Shown here one piece after another: positions 12,314 through 25,600 of a DNA stretch of 64,000 nucleotides; within the stretch, counting starts at the first letter, position 1, and each line of letters begins with the position of its first letter. The notes under the pieces were generated by a model. The model had not been told where the DNA came from. It did no database searches and worked only from the letters and a program-made list of their open reading frames with translations. The stretch lies in the NCBI GenBank assembly GCA_016748015.1, contig JAAOMT010000098.1:133950-197949 (forward strand), read 5' to 3'. Position numbers and translations under genes: made by a program. This stretch comes from Geosiphon pyriformis uo1 (Eukaryota > Fungi > Glomeromycota).

Positions 12314-13457
12314 CGCCAAGCCACAAAATGTGGTTTTTTAAAAACAATATTTAGAATAATAACTTTTTAAAATAACAATATTAGTTTGGTTATAGTAAAT
12401 AAATATAATAAACATAATTAAATAAAAATTAAACAAAATAAGTAATAAGTAAAATTATTAATATTATAAAACAATATCAAGTTAACTATTTAGTTTTATT
12501 TTATTATATAATTTATAAATTTAGCTTAAATTTTTTATAATTTTGTTTATTATAAAAATATCTATTCTTATTTTTATTATACAAAATTTTTTTTATAATT
12601 ATGTTAATATTAAAACTGTTTTAATTGCTATATTTTATATATAATTATATTTTTAAAAAAAAATTTATTTTTATTTTTTTTATTATAAAATTTTTTTGGT
12701 AATTACTCTTATATTATATATTATATTATATTTTAAATAAGTTTTAAATTAATTTAGAGTTTCTTGTTAAAGTTTTTTTGATTTTTAGAGATTATTGAAT
12801 CTTTTGGTATTTTGTTTTAAATTACATAAGCTATATTTATTTTTGCAAATATTAATAATTTTATTAATGTTATAATAAGTATATAGTGTTGTTTTATCTG
12901 ATTTAAATGACTGATTTATGCTTAATTAATTTTATATATTATATTAAATTGTGTTTATTAAAAATAAAAAATAAAAAATAATATTTTTATATTTTAAATT
13001 TTGGTTTTATTTAATTTTTTAATTATTTAACAAGTAAAATTTAATTATTATTTAGGATAAATTAGTTAGTCATATATTAATTATATATAATTAATTATTT
13101 AAATTAATTAAAATTATATTATATATTTATTTTTATTATAATAATATTATTAAAAAAAATTTATAATATAAAATTTTAAAATATTAAATATATTTTGTAA
13201 TTAATTAATTAAATAAAAAAATTATAATTAATACTTAAAAAGTAATTAAATATTTTAATAAAAAATTAATTATTAAAAAATAAAGTAATAATTTTATTTT
13301 TAATACAAAATAATTTAAAAAAATAAGTTTATTCTTTTCTCTTGTCAATCTCCTGACCACGACAAAAGCAAGAAGTTTACCAAAAAAAATAGCTTTTTCT
13401 TTTCATTTTCCACTTGTAGTTTTCACAGTTATTTCTATTTCTACATATCCCTTTATT

Positions 13458-15393
13458 ATGATGGATCTGGTAGGCTTGTTTGCTAATGGTTCTAGTTTTG
13501 TTTCAGTTGGGTTGGGAATCTGGTCTAATAACAAAAAGAAAGTTTGTGTCAAGAGTGTATACTCTTGTAGTCTTTCATACAAGAAGCCTAAAACTCCTGG
13601 GGCTTCCAATAATACTGTGAACTCGTTAACTAGTCCTATTTCTATTGACGTCTTACAAGCTGGTGATGTGAAACACAAGGTGTCTTGAAATAGTGAAATG
13701 GAAAGCGAAGATGTTAGTGTTAGTGAGGTGTTTAACATTGAAAACATGAATAACATAGTGGCTAAAGAGATGAGTTACGTGAATTCCAATGACTCCGAAG
13801 CAGACAATATGGTGGATGATACAACTCTAAGAAAGACTCGAACAAGGATGTACGTTTTGGGACAGCCACCGAAGAAACCTTTTTTCAATAATGCAAGTAA
13901 CGTTGATAATGTTCTGGAGCTTCCTCCTCACATGTTTAATGAATCTAATCAATTGTCGCCAGTTAAGTCATGTGTTTCAGAGACTCATAGCTTTAATTCA
14001 ACCAAGTTTTTTGCTTTGAATGTTGAGCATTCTGCTGTATCTGGCAAATCTATCAGTAAGAAGTTGATTTTTTTAAAAAAAATTTTTTATCAAGTTGATG
14101 GCTTTAGGAGTGCTTTGACTCTCTCAAAATTTCCTGGAGTCATAAGATTGATCTTCACAAGTGAATCTAGTTTGAATAAGACCAAATTAATGGCGATCAA
14201 TAAAAAAGTTGTTGTCAACACTGATCTCAGAAAAGTAAACAGCCATACAGATTAGGAGATAATCGTTAAGGAGATCCCAGTGAATCTTTTCAGATCAGCA
14301 ATTGAGGCAGTGTTTTCTAAGTTTGGTAAGATTGTTTCTGTTAAAGTTGCAGCTTGTTGGTCTTTGGCAAAAGGCTCTGGTAGAATATGAATCATCTGAA
14401 ATGGTTGATTTGGTCACAGCTAGATGGTCTGTGCTTGTGGGAAAAGATTTTGTTCGTGTGGCAAAGGCAATTGGTGATAAACAAATGTGGGTATCAAAGG
14501 ATCAACATCAGGCATTGTTGTATACCTTACCTGTTAGAATTACAGCTTATGATCTTTCTAGTTTACTTGAATCATATGGTAGGAAGACTTGTTTTATTGG
14601 CTGTAATCCTTTCTTATATGTTCGTAATTGGTATGCTGTAATCTGTTTTAAGAATGAGGTGTCCAAGTTGGCTGCTGTTGGTTTGATTCCAGTTTTTAAG
14701 AGTGTGAATTTGTGCTGGGCTGGTCTTTGCTTGGCATATTGCACACAGTGTACACATTTTGGTCATATTACTGCCAACTGCTCTGTGGGTGGAAGTTCTG
14801 GAATTCATGGAAGATGAGTGGTTTCTGATCAGGATCATGTTTATCTGATTTATAAAAAGAAATCAGCTCCTGTTTCTCGCCTGATCTCGTTTGGTAGAAG
14901 AACTTGGGTGTCAGTGGTTGGTGCTCCTGGTGTTTTTTTTCATCGACAGATTCCTTTTTCTGGTTCTATTGATAATGGTAAACCTTTTTCTCCTGTTGTG
15001 AATGATTTGGAAAAATAGTTGGTCAGCATTGAAAGCAGTCTTGTCAGCCTCGTGGGACAAATTGGTAAGTTGGCTAAGAGGTTGGAATCACTTGTGCCAG
15101 CAGTTCCCCAGCCTAGCCCTGGATGTTAGCTATCGGTGACCCCCCCATCACAGAATCAAGAGGAGGATATAGTAATAGGAGTGGGTTTGGGTGAGTCCAC
15201 TTGTGATAAGTCTGCTGCTGCTACTGCTACTATTACTGCTACTTATACTGCGAAAAACTTTTTCATGTTCCCTCATGTTGTCAAATTAGAAAATATGTTA
15301 AAAGGCCTTGCTGTTTTAGTGCTGAGTTTGTCTGCTTGTTTTGACAGTCTGGTTCTGGCTGCTAGTACACTTCCACAACCCCCTTCTCAATGA
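13458..15393 (+). pseudogene. LINE-b ORF1 (RRM-like region, CCHC zinc knuckle, coiled coil)
   Basis: Consecutive ORF pieces; CTQCTHFGHITANC = CX2CX4HX4C; Ala/Thr microsatellite insertion at ~15214-15250. Confidence 0.9.
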
Positions 15394-18300
15394 GTAAGTT
15401 TACTTGAAAGGTTGCTACGTGCAATGTTAGAGGAATGAACAATTGTGCAAAACAGGCAGACATTGTACATTGGTATAATGATATGAATAATCTGATTTCT
15501 GTTGTTACTGAAACAAAATTGAAGGGAAAAATCTGCCTCTGAATTGTGAATAGGTTTGCTGGTATTCATGTTTTTACTTCAGATCTGAATTCTGGTCACA
15601 TGGGATCTGGTGTTGCAATTATTATGGACTTATCTCTGGTAAAACATGTGTGCAAAGTTCTAAAGATGTCCAGTTGGCTCCTGTTAGTAAAATTGCTTTT
15701 CAGAAACAGACTCTCTGTTTCCATTTTGGGGCTGTATGTTGGTGCTTCTTTGACAGTTTATTTTTTTCAGGCTGATAAAATTAATTTTCTCATTGCTAAA
15801 GCTGTGAATGAATCCTCTTTCATTATTCTTGGTGGTGACTTCAATAAGGACAGATCTCACAAGTGTGCCAGTTTCAAGAAGTGCTTTGATTTGGATTTGG
15901 TCAACTCTTTGGGTGGGAGCTCTCTTGATAAGTTACCAACTTGGTGCAATTCTTGTGGTGTTGCTAAGACAATTAATTATGTGTTTCTTTCTTCTAACTT
16001 GGTTAATGTGATCATGGATCATGGCATGTTAGATGTTGATAATTTTTTTGACACTAATCATAAGACTGTTTCTGTTTCTGTGGGTCTGGGTGGTTTGTTG
16101 GACACAAGATTTTCTTTGATGCATAAGCAGGCCAACAAAAATTGCTGGAAGTTTGGTGTCAAGAATGTGAATAAGTTGAAGTGGACTGAGTTTAAGGATG
16201 GTATGGCTGCCAATGCCTCTATGTTCTCAAATGCATTTGTGGCGGCTGGAAAATTTTCAGATTTGGATGCAATGTGAGACATTATTCGCAAAATTATGAT
16301 TCTTTCAACAGGTAGAACTTTCAAGAAAAAGTGGTTCAAAGGTTTTGACAGTGTTTTCAATAAGGTGTCTTCTAGGTTTTATAAGCTGGAGTTGCTGGTT
16401 TCTAAGCTGGTAAAGACTTCTCATTTGATTTCTGAAGGTGATTTTGCTTTGTTGTTGAATACGTGGGACAGGCTTGACTCTGTTGACACTTTATCAGTGA
16501 AGTCTCTTTTCCTTTCAGGGTCTGGTTTTAATGGTATTTGCTCTGAGCTGGCTAAGGCAAGAAAGTCTTACCGCTCTTCCAAGATGCTGGAATCTAAATG
16601 TGCTGAGAAATCTCATATAAGACAAGCCATTGAGAATAGGATGGAGAGTTTTGAGTTGGATAAGAGTTGTACTATCAGAAGTGTTTTGGAGTGTCCATTT
16701 CACAAGGTAGTGTTAGATCATTTGGTAGTGGCTGATGAGTTGGTTTTGAAACTTGAGCTGGTTAAATCTAAAGTGGACAGGATTATGGAGGGATGGACTA
16801 GGAGATGGTTGGTGGTTTCAGACTTCTCTGATAATTGGAAACGCCAATTTCGGCCTTTGGACTACATTTTTGATGGTGCTTTCTCTGGTGTTATGAACTT
16901 GATTAGTTTTGATGAGATGTTCAGTGTCATTTTGAGCTTGCCTGATGGAAAAGCAGCTGGTCTTTCTGGCATCTCTAATGAATTGTGAAAGCATTGCAAC
17001 AGAGTGGTTCTGGATATGCTTTTGGTGCTTTTGAATCTCTGCCTGGTTTGTGAATTGGTGCCTAGATCTTGGAGAAAAGCCTGGGTTTCAATGATTTCTA
17101 AACCCTATGAATGGGAGGGTGTTCTTACAAACACCCATCCTATTGCTTTGATTGAAACAGCCCACAAGATCCTTTCCAAAATCTTATCAGACAGAATATC
17201 TTCGGCTTGCAATGAGTTTGACGTTTTACAAGGGGACAATTTTTCTGTTTTAAAGGGTACAACTATGCAGTCACCCATTTTTGCCATTGGTTCTGTGGTT
17301 AAGAATGTCTTAGAGAAAAACAGAGAGTTGTGGCTGGTTTTACAGAACATGTGCAAAGCATATGATTCAGTTGATTGGGAACATCTTGAAAGAAGTTTGA
17401 TCAAGATTAAAATGTGTAACAGGTTTATTAGATTTTTTGGTAGCATCTACAATAATCACAGGAACAGGATAATAACAGATTTTGGCTTAACTAGTAGGTA
17501 TGTAGTTTGTGATGGTTTGGATTAGGGTGAAGTTTTCTCGTCACTTCTTTGGCACATATTTTATGATTCACTTATGTGTAAGGTCAAGAGGAAAGGGGAG
17601 GTGTGTGATTACAGGTTGAATTCATATTTTGTTTCCAATACTGGCCATGTGGAATCTCAGGCTAGCCATCTGAATTGGTAGCAGCCAGGCTGCTACACAA
17701 CACATTTTGGATGTTGCTAGTGAGTTCTTCAGGATTAATGATATTTTGATTAACAATAACAAAACTGTGGCTATTCTCATCAACTGCCAGGTTGAGACCC
17801 CTTATCTAACTGTTAGTGGTTTGCCTATTTTCATAGTCAAAAAGGGTGAACCTCATTGTTATCTTGGAATTTTTTTGTCTTCTAATGGTTTTTTGGTGCC
17901 CAACTTGGCCAAGGCTCACTCGGACATCCAATTTTTTGTCAACCTTGTTCTGAAAAAAGCCATCTTAGATAAACAATTTAGTTATTTGGTCTCTGCTGTT
18001 CTGTTCCCTATCGTCAGCTACAGAACTCAGTTCAGTTTTGTTCCTATTAGCATATGTAATAAATGAGACACTCTGATCCGTAAAGGCTTAAAGTCTAAGT
18101 CTGGACTGCCACTTGATTTCCTCAATGATGCACTTCATCATCTTTCTTTGTATGATTTGAAGACTTTTGAACAGATTCAGGCAGAAAGCAAATTGGTCTC
18201 TGCCATTGTTTTTGCAAATTCAGTTGGTATTTTGGGCCACTTATTTTCTTACAGATCTCATGACCTCCAGGTTTTCAGCTGGTGTTCTTGTCACCGCTTA

Positions 18301-20025
18301 CTGTTTCTGGCTTGTGTTAGTGTTAGTTTTTTAAATAATTTCTTAGCAGGTGTGGTTTGTATTTTTTCCGAATATGATCTGTCTCTGGCCTGTGCTTTCC
18401 ATCATCGAAGTGGTACTCCTATGTTTCTTGTTCTTGGTAAAATCAATTTTCTAAAATGTGTCTCTTCATTCAAGCGATATGGTATTGCTTTTGTGGAACA
18501 ATTACACAATCAAAATGGTGTTGTTTTCAGTTGGCAGACGTTTAAGTGTTGGAAGAGGTTGGATCCCTGTGGCCCGATTCCTTTCTGGTTTGATTTTTCT
18601 GCATGTTTTCTTGGTGGTGTTGCTTCTTCTCCTGTGTGCTTCTCTTTTGTAAGGAATTCTGCTCTGCCTGATGTTCATTAATCTCATGATTTTGGTGTTA
18701 TCTATAATGATCTGTTGGTTACTGACACTGCCTGTCTTTTTGTGTACATGGATGGGTCTCTGAGTGGTTTGAGAACTGTTGTCATGAAAGCTGGGGCTGT
18801 GATCTTTTTTGAGGACATTAATTCTGGTTTAAGTGTGGGGGTGTCTGGTTTGGTTTCTTCTACTTTGTCTGAATTACAGGCCATTGCTTTGGTTCTTGAG
18901 TGTGTTCCTTCCTCTTGTGCAGTTGATTTGTTTTTAGATAGCCAAGTTGTTTTGGATGCATGCAAGTTGGAATTATTATTGGCTCATCCAGACTTCAGAA
19001 ATTGTTGTTGGATAGAACATTGCTATATTGCAAATGTAGTTTATCATAAGAATTTAACTGTAAATTGGATTAAAGTTAAGAGTCATTTGGACATTTTGGG
19101 CAATAAGCGTGTGGATGAGCTTACTAAGAATGCAGTACTTTCTACTTGGCATTTGCCCCATTTGGTCAGTGAATGTTTTTTGAGGGCTGGGGACAGTATG
19201 GTTTCTGGAAATTCTAGGCACTTTGTTCGTGATGTGTTTTGGTTTATTTTTTGTGCACATTGAGAGGTTGATTTTGGTTTCCGGATCTTGGTGGCTGGTT
19301 TGCATAATAGTGTTAACTGATCTAAGTCTTCTTTGGTTTGGCACCCTGATTCTCACTTGGCTGCTGGTTTTACTAGTGCATGTACTGTTGGCCTTTGGAC
19401 ATACTTTATGAAATCTCTCTATTATCGGCTTCCTATTGCTGTTTATAAGTGTTTGTATGATAAATGCTACCCCAGTGTAGTGTGTTTGTTCTGTGATGAT
19501 GTGGAATTCTTGGATCATGTCTTTGTTTGTCCTTTTGATGCTGCTGGTTGTGCTCAGTTGTTGAATGTTCATGCATCTTTTTGGGAAATGTGGTCTGGTC
19601 TCTTTCGCTCTACTTCGTATATCTCATAGTTGTTGTCCTCTTGTTTTTCTGATACTACTATTAGTATTACTTTGTATAAGGGTTTTGTTTTCGATGATTG
19701 GTACTGTGAATTTTTTTTGGTCTTTAAGAATGCTAAGATTGTAGCTTCGAATATTGTGTGTTTTGTGTGCAAGTTTTGCTTTGCATTTCATGATAAGTTT
19801 TGGCTGGTCTGTGCTAAACACTAAGCTTTTATGGAGAGAAATAGACTTATTCTTCATAATGGTTCCATTCCTGCCCTGGTTTCTGGTTTACCTATGGTGC
19901 TTTCGGCTGGTGTGATCAGGTTGTTGGGTGTTGTTGAAGCTTTTGGTATTGGTTTCAGTTTTTATAAACCTTGTTTGTTTTTTTCAGGTATAGGGGATTT
20001 TGTTTCTATTAGGATAGGTACGTAG
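15390..20025 (+). pseudogene. LINE-b ORF2 (APE, RT, RNase H, Cys motif)
   Basis: ATCNVRGMN, ETKL, LGGDFN, TWCNS..TINY, DTNH (APE); GKAAGLSG, HPIALIE, NMCKAYDSV (RT); YMDGS, LSELQAI, LDSQ, GNKRVDEL (RNase H); CLFCDDVEFLDHVFVC. Confidence 0.95.
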
Positions 20026-20496
20026 TATTGTTTTGATTAGCTTGAATGGCTGGTCACTTGTAGAAAAAGCATGATTTGCTTCTAGTTTAGATTATTTATA
20101 TGATATATAGTCTTAAGTCATGTTTGGATCTCACTCATTAAATGTAATAAAAAAAAAATAATTTATTATGATTTTTTATAATTAACAATAATATAAAATT
20201 AATAATTTAATATATTTTTACATTATTTATATATATTTTAATATATTTTTAAACATATTTAAAAACAATCAAATTTTTTTAATTTATTATTAAGTTTTTA
20301 AAAAATATTAATAATAATTTTTAGAAACAATAAAAAAATAATTAATATTAAATTATATATTATTATTAATAAAAAATAAAATTATTAATTAACATAAAAT
20401 TATTTTATATATTTTTTATTAACAATTAGTATATATTATTATTTTAAATTATTATTTATTATTTTATTAAATTATTGAATATTATTATTAATTAAT

Positions 20497-20584
20497 AATT
20501 ACTTTTTATAATCATTAAAAAACTTCTTACAAGTAAATTAAATGAGCTTTAAATAATAATAAATAGATATTAATATTATTAAAA
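20497..20584 (-). pseudogene. Gypsy RT fragment 3 (the YLDD motif and following helix)
   Basis: Translates FNNINIYLLLFKAHLIYL*EVF**L*KV, i.e. decayed LDDINVYS..FEAHL.HL.EVF.RLRK. Confidence 0.75.
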
Positions 20585-20728
20585 AAAAAAAAAAATATTA
20601 AGAAGAAAAAAACTTCTTTTTTTCTTACATTCACAAATTCTCAAAAAGTGCTTTTCTGAAAAAAAAGTTTTTTATTGTATTTTCCTTGTTAGTATTTCAC
20701 AATTTTTTTTTCTAATAACCCATTTTTC

Positions 20729-22607
20729 GTGAATCTAAAAGCTACTTCTAATAGCAACATATCTAAAAAAAAGGCATCAAAGAGTGCTTTTTATGGTCTT
20801 GCAGGTGGCTTCTTTTCACAGAAGAAAAAGGTTGTGCTTGGGAATATTAAACATTCTGGTGATGAAAAAGATATCTCTCTGAACAAGTCTGAGCCTAGTA
20901 AAAATGTGTTTTCTAATGTGAATAGTCTGTCTGGTGATGAAAAAGTTTCTATTATAACTAGTATTAATGTTGGGTCTCTTCTGAATTCAGCTGCCAACAC
21001 TTCTAAAACAAAGTGTGTTAATACTGGTGTTGCTTTTGGTTCCCTATTTGGTTCTCCTAACTTTAACATAAACAATAAAAAAAAAGTGTCTCTTCTTTTT
21101 TACCTCTCTATCTCTCTGGATAAGAAGTGGGTTGATCTCAAAATTGTCAAAACTCAGATAAAGGTCTCAGTTAGGCAATCATTTGCTTTGAACATTAATC
21201 TCTTAGCTGTAGAAGGGAAATTGGTGATAGCAAAAACCCAAATTATTAGAAAAATTTTTTCAACTATCAATGGTTTTGGGGAGCCACTACTCTTTCAAAA
21301 TTTGAAGAAATTATTTGATTGACATTTACTTCAGAAAAAAGCATGAAAATGGCTGTATCATTGGCTAGAAAAAAAAGGATCAACATAAACAGTAATCTAA
21401 AAAGACAAGGAATAAGATCAGATCAGACTATGATAATTAAGGAAATTTCCATGAACACACTTAAAGATATAATCATTGCTGTAGTATCTGAATTTGGGAA
21501 AATTAGGTTAATCAAAATTCAACTGATTGGAATGTGGCAAAAAGCTGTGATGGAGTTTGCTGAATTGGACCAAGCTAATTTGTTAACCTTTAAGTGGTCA
21601 TTTCTGATTGGTAAGGATTCTGTATGTGTAGTTAAAACAGTAGAAGATTGTGAGACTTGAGCATTAAGAGATCAGTTCAGAACACTTTTGTTTACTTTGC
21701 CAGTGAGAACAATGGCACATGATTTTGGGACTCTTTTGGAGAGGGCTGGTGGAAAAACTTGTGTCATAAACAGATCTTTGAAAACTGGTAATAAAATTTA
21801 CTATGCTGTAGTTGGTTTTGAATTTGATAATGATTTGGAATCTGTTTTTTGCATGAAGCCGATTCTTGGTGGCATTAAACTTTCTTGGGCAAAGATGAAT
21901 CTGGTTTAGTGTGAAAAATATGGGAATTTTGGTCATTCTGCTCTGAAATGTAATGCAACTGTTGCATCCGCCTTTAAGCCTTTAAGAATATTTAAAAAAA
22001 TTGCATTTAATGAATGTTGTCTTCAGTTGGCTAAGTTGTATAAGAAAAAAAGTGTTCCAATATTCCACTCTGCTGCCTTTGGTAGTAAATTTTGGGCCCA
22101 GGTGGTCTCACTTGCTGGTTCTTCTGATGGTCTTCACTTTGCTTCTGGTTTTGGTTTCTTTTTTTTTGGCACCTCAGGTTTGAATAATGGTCTCACTTCT
22201 GTCTTGGTTGACAATTTGTCTTTGAATACACATTTGGCCTCTTTGGAATGATTCTTGAAGCTGTTAACCAACCAAGTTTCTGGCATTGTGCACAAACTCA
22301 GCAACATAAAATTGGTGCCGTAAGCTTCAGCTTCCTTCCTATAATCTCAGATAATTTGATTACCTCCAAGGAAGATTTGGTTTTGGATATAGTTATGGAT
22401 GATTTTGAGTTGGTATTTTCATCCTCTTTTTCTGCTTTTCTTAGTGTCTTAACATTGGGTTTGAGTAGTTCAAAAGTTTTTACAACCAAGATTGGCAATT
22501 TGGAATCTAAGTTGGTGGCTCTTGAGACTTCTGTTAGTTCAGTTTTGACAAAGTTAGATTATTTGTGTGCCAGTTTGGGTTCTTTGTTACCCTCTTTATC
22601 TCAATGA
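20729..22607 (+). pseudogene. LINE-c ORF1 (distinct N- and C-terminal subtype)
   Basis: ORF pieces 20729-22607; knuckle CEKYGNFGHSALKC; ends PSLSQ*. Confidence 0.88.
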
Positions 22608-25600
22608 GTAATTTGATCTGGAAAATAGCTACATGTAATGTTCAGGACATCAACATTCTTGCCAAGCAGAAAAATGTTATTCATTGGTATAAGAATATGG
22701 GCAACTTAATTTTGATCTTTACTGAGACTAAATTAAAAGATAAAGTCCATCCGTGGATTGCTGGCAAATTTAAAGGTGTCTGTATGTTCACTTCTGGTTT
22801 GAATTTTGAGTATTTGGGTACTGGTGTTATAGTTGTCATGGACTTTTTTTTGGCAAAACATGTATGCAAGATTTCTGAAATGTCTAGTTGGCTTCTATCC
22901 ATTAGATTGCTTTTCAAAAATAAACTTTCTGTGTCTGTCTTAGGGCTGTATGTTGGTGCTTTGTCTATAGTTCGGTTTTTACAGACTGGGAGAATCAACT
23001 CTCTTATTGCAAAAGCTGCTAATAGATCTTCTTTTATCATCTTTGGTGGTGACTTCAATGAAGATAGTTTAAAAAGAAGTGCTAGTTTTAAGAAATGTGT
23101 TAATTTGGGGCTGATCAATTCTTTGGTGAATAGTTTGGTCATAAAGAGTTTCACATAAAGAAATTCAAAGAGTGTAGATAAAACAATTGATTTTGTATTG
23201 GTTTTATCAAATTTGGTCAGTGCAATAGTTGATCACAATATTATGGATGTTTGCGATTACTTTGACACTGATCATTAAGCTGTTTCTGTATCTGTGAGTT
23301 TGGGTAGTTTACTAGACACTTAGTTGAACTCTTTTCATAGGCAAGCAAATAAGAATTGCTGGAAGTTTGATTTTAAAGATGCTAATAATGCTAAGTGGGG
23401 CGAGTTTAAAGAAGCTATGACAGCCAATACTGCCATGCTCTCTGATGGTTTTATTATTTCTGCACAATTCTTGGACTTGGACATGATGTGGAATACAATT
23501 CACAAAATTATAACACTGTCAGCTAACAAAATATTCAGGAAGAAATGGTCTAAGAGTTATAATAGTGTTTTTACCAAAGAATTTTCTAAGTTTTATAAGC
23601 TGGAGCTTTTGGTCTCGAAAATTGCTAAGGCTTTTCATGAGGAAGATATTGATAGGTTTGCTCTTTTTATGAAATACTGAGATTTTTTGGACAATATTAG
23701 GGCTTCAATTGTGCAGAAAATTGTGACCTTTAGTGCGGGTTTTGATTGTATGCACTCAGCTCTTTTCAGTGTGTGAAAGACATATCGTGTCTCCAAGCTT
23801 GCTGAGTCTTTGCAAGCTGAAAAGTTGCAGATAAGGTCAGCTGTTAATAGTCGAATAGAAAATTTTGCAACCAACAAAAGTAGCACAATCAGGAGCGTGC
23901 TGAAGTGCCTTTTTTGAAAGGTGGTTTTGAATCATCTAGTAGTTGAGAATGAACTAATTCTGGAGTCTAACTTAGTTAAAACCAAAATTGATATAATTAT
24001 GGAAGGCTGGACCAGAAAACGTAATGTGGTAGGGGATTTTTTTGATGATTGGTCACATCAATATCAGCCTTTGGAGTATGTTTTTGATGATGCTTTTTCA
24101 AATGTGATGTATTTAGTTAATTTTGATAAGCTACTTGGGGTGATTTCTAATCTGCCTGATGGCAAAGCTGTCAATCTTTCTGGGGTGTTAAATGAGCTTT
24201 GGAAACATTGTAACAAATTGGTTTTGATATGCTTTTGGTGTTTTTAAACTTCTGTTTGTCTAGTAAGTCAGTGCTTGGTGCTTGGAAAAAAGCTTGGGTC
24301 TTGATGATTCCTAAACCATATGAGTGAAAAGAAGTTTTTATAAACATCAGACCTATTGCTTTGGTCGAAACTGTTCACAAAATCTTTTTCAAGATTCTTT
24401 TGGACAAGATTTCTTTGGCATATAGCTCTTTTGATGTTTTATGTAAGGACAATTTCTTGGTTCTTAAGAGTACGATAATGCAATCTCCTATTTTTGTCAT
24501 TGGTTCTATTATTGAGAATGCTTTGAAAAAAAACCATGGACTCTGGTTGGTCTTGTAGAACATGCAAAAGATCTACAATTCTGTTAAGTAGAAGCATCTT
24601 AAGAACAGTTTGGTCAAAATAAAGATGTGCGACAAGTTCATTAGATTTTTTGGTGACATTTATAATGGCCATATTAATAGAGTAATAACAAATTTTGGTT
24701 TGACAGATGAATATCAAGTACATAATGGTTTGGATTAGAGGAAAGTGTTCTCATTGCTTTTTTGGTATATATTTTATGATCCTCTTTTGTGTAAAGTCAA
24801 AAGACAGGAAAGCATATATGAATATAGAATGAACTCTTACTTTATTGCCAGAATTGGTTATTTGGAATTTCAAACTGGATTAATGTCTTTTTTTACTGGT
24901 GGTGTTTTTGTTGATAACACAATCTAGATTGGTAACAGCCAAACTGCAACCCAACACATTTTCGATGTTGCTAGTGAATTTTTTTAAATCAATAATATTT
25001 CTATTAACAATGACAAAACTGTGGCAATTTCTATTAATTGCAAAGTGGCAAGTCTTAAGTTGTCTATCAGTGGCTTGCCTATTTCTATTGCCAAGAAAAG
25101 AGAGTCTCATTACTACCTGGAAATTTTTTTGTTGACTGAGGGTCTGTCAAGGCCTAGCTTGACTAAAGCAGATACTGATATCAGATTTTTTGCCAATCTG
25201 GTTCTAAAGAAAGCTATTTCTGATAAGCAGTTTTCGTATCTTGTGTCAGCAGTTCTACATCTTATTGTCAGCTACAGGAAACAGTTCAGTTTTGTTCCTA
25301 TCAATATGTGTAATAAGTGAGATTCTTTGATTTGTAGAAGCTTAAAACTGAAGTCTGGTCTATCTCTCAATTTTCCCAATGACGTGTTTTGTCATCCCTT
25401 ATTGTATGGCTTAAAAACTTTCAAGCAAATCCAAGCTGAAAGCAAAGTTGCTTCTGTTGTGTACTTTGTAAACTCTGTTGAGATTTTGGGTTGTTTGTTT
25501 TTATACAGGTCTCATGACTTGCAAGTTCTGTTTTGGAGCCCATTCCACTTTTTGGCATCCCCAATTCATATCAGAGTCAGTGCTTCTAATAATTTTTTGG

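Larger units (their letters stand above)
13331..20158 (+). mobile_element. LINE copy b, full length (~6.8 kb), least decayed
   Basis: Pyrimidine-rich 5' end, ORF1, ORF2, 3' UTR, A-tail at 20149-20158; probable TSD aaaaaaataa(g)tttatt on both flanks. Confidence 0.97.
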
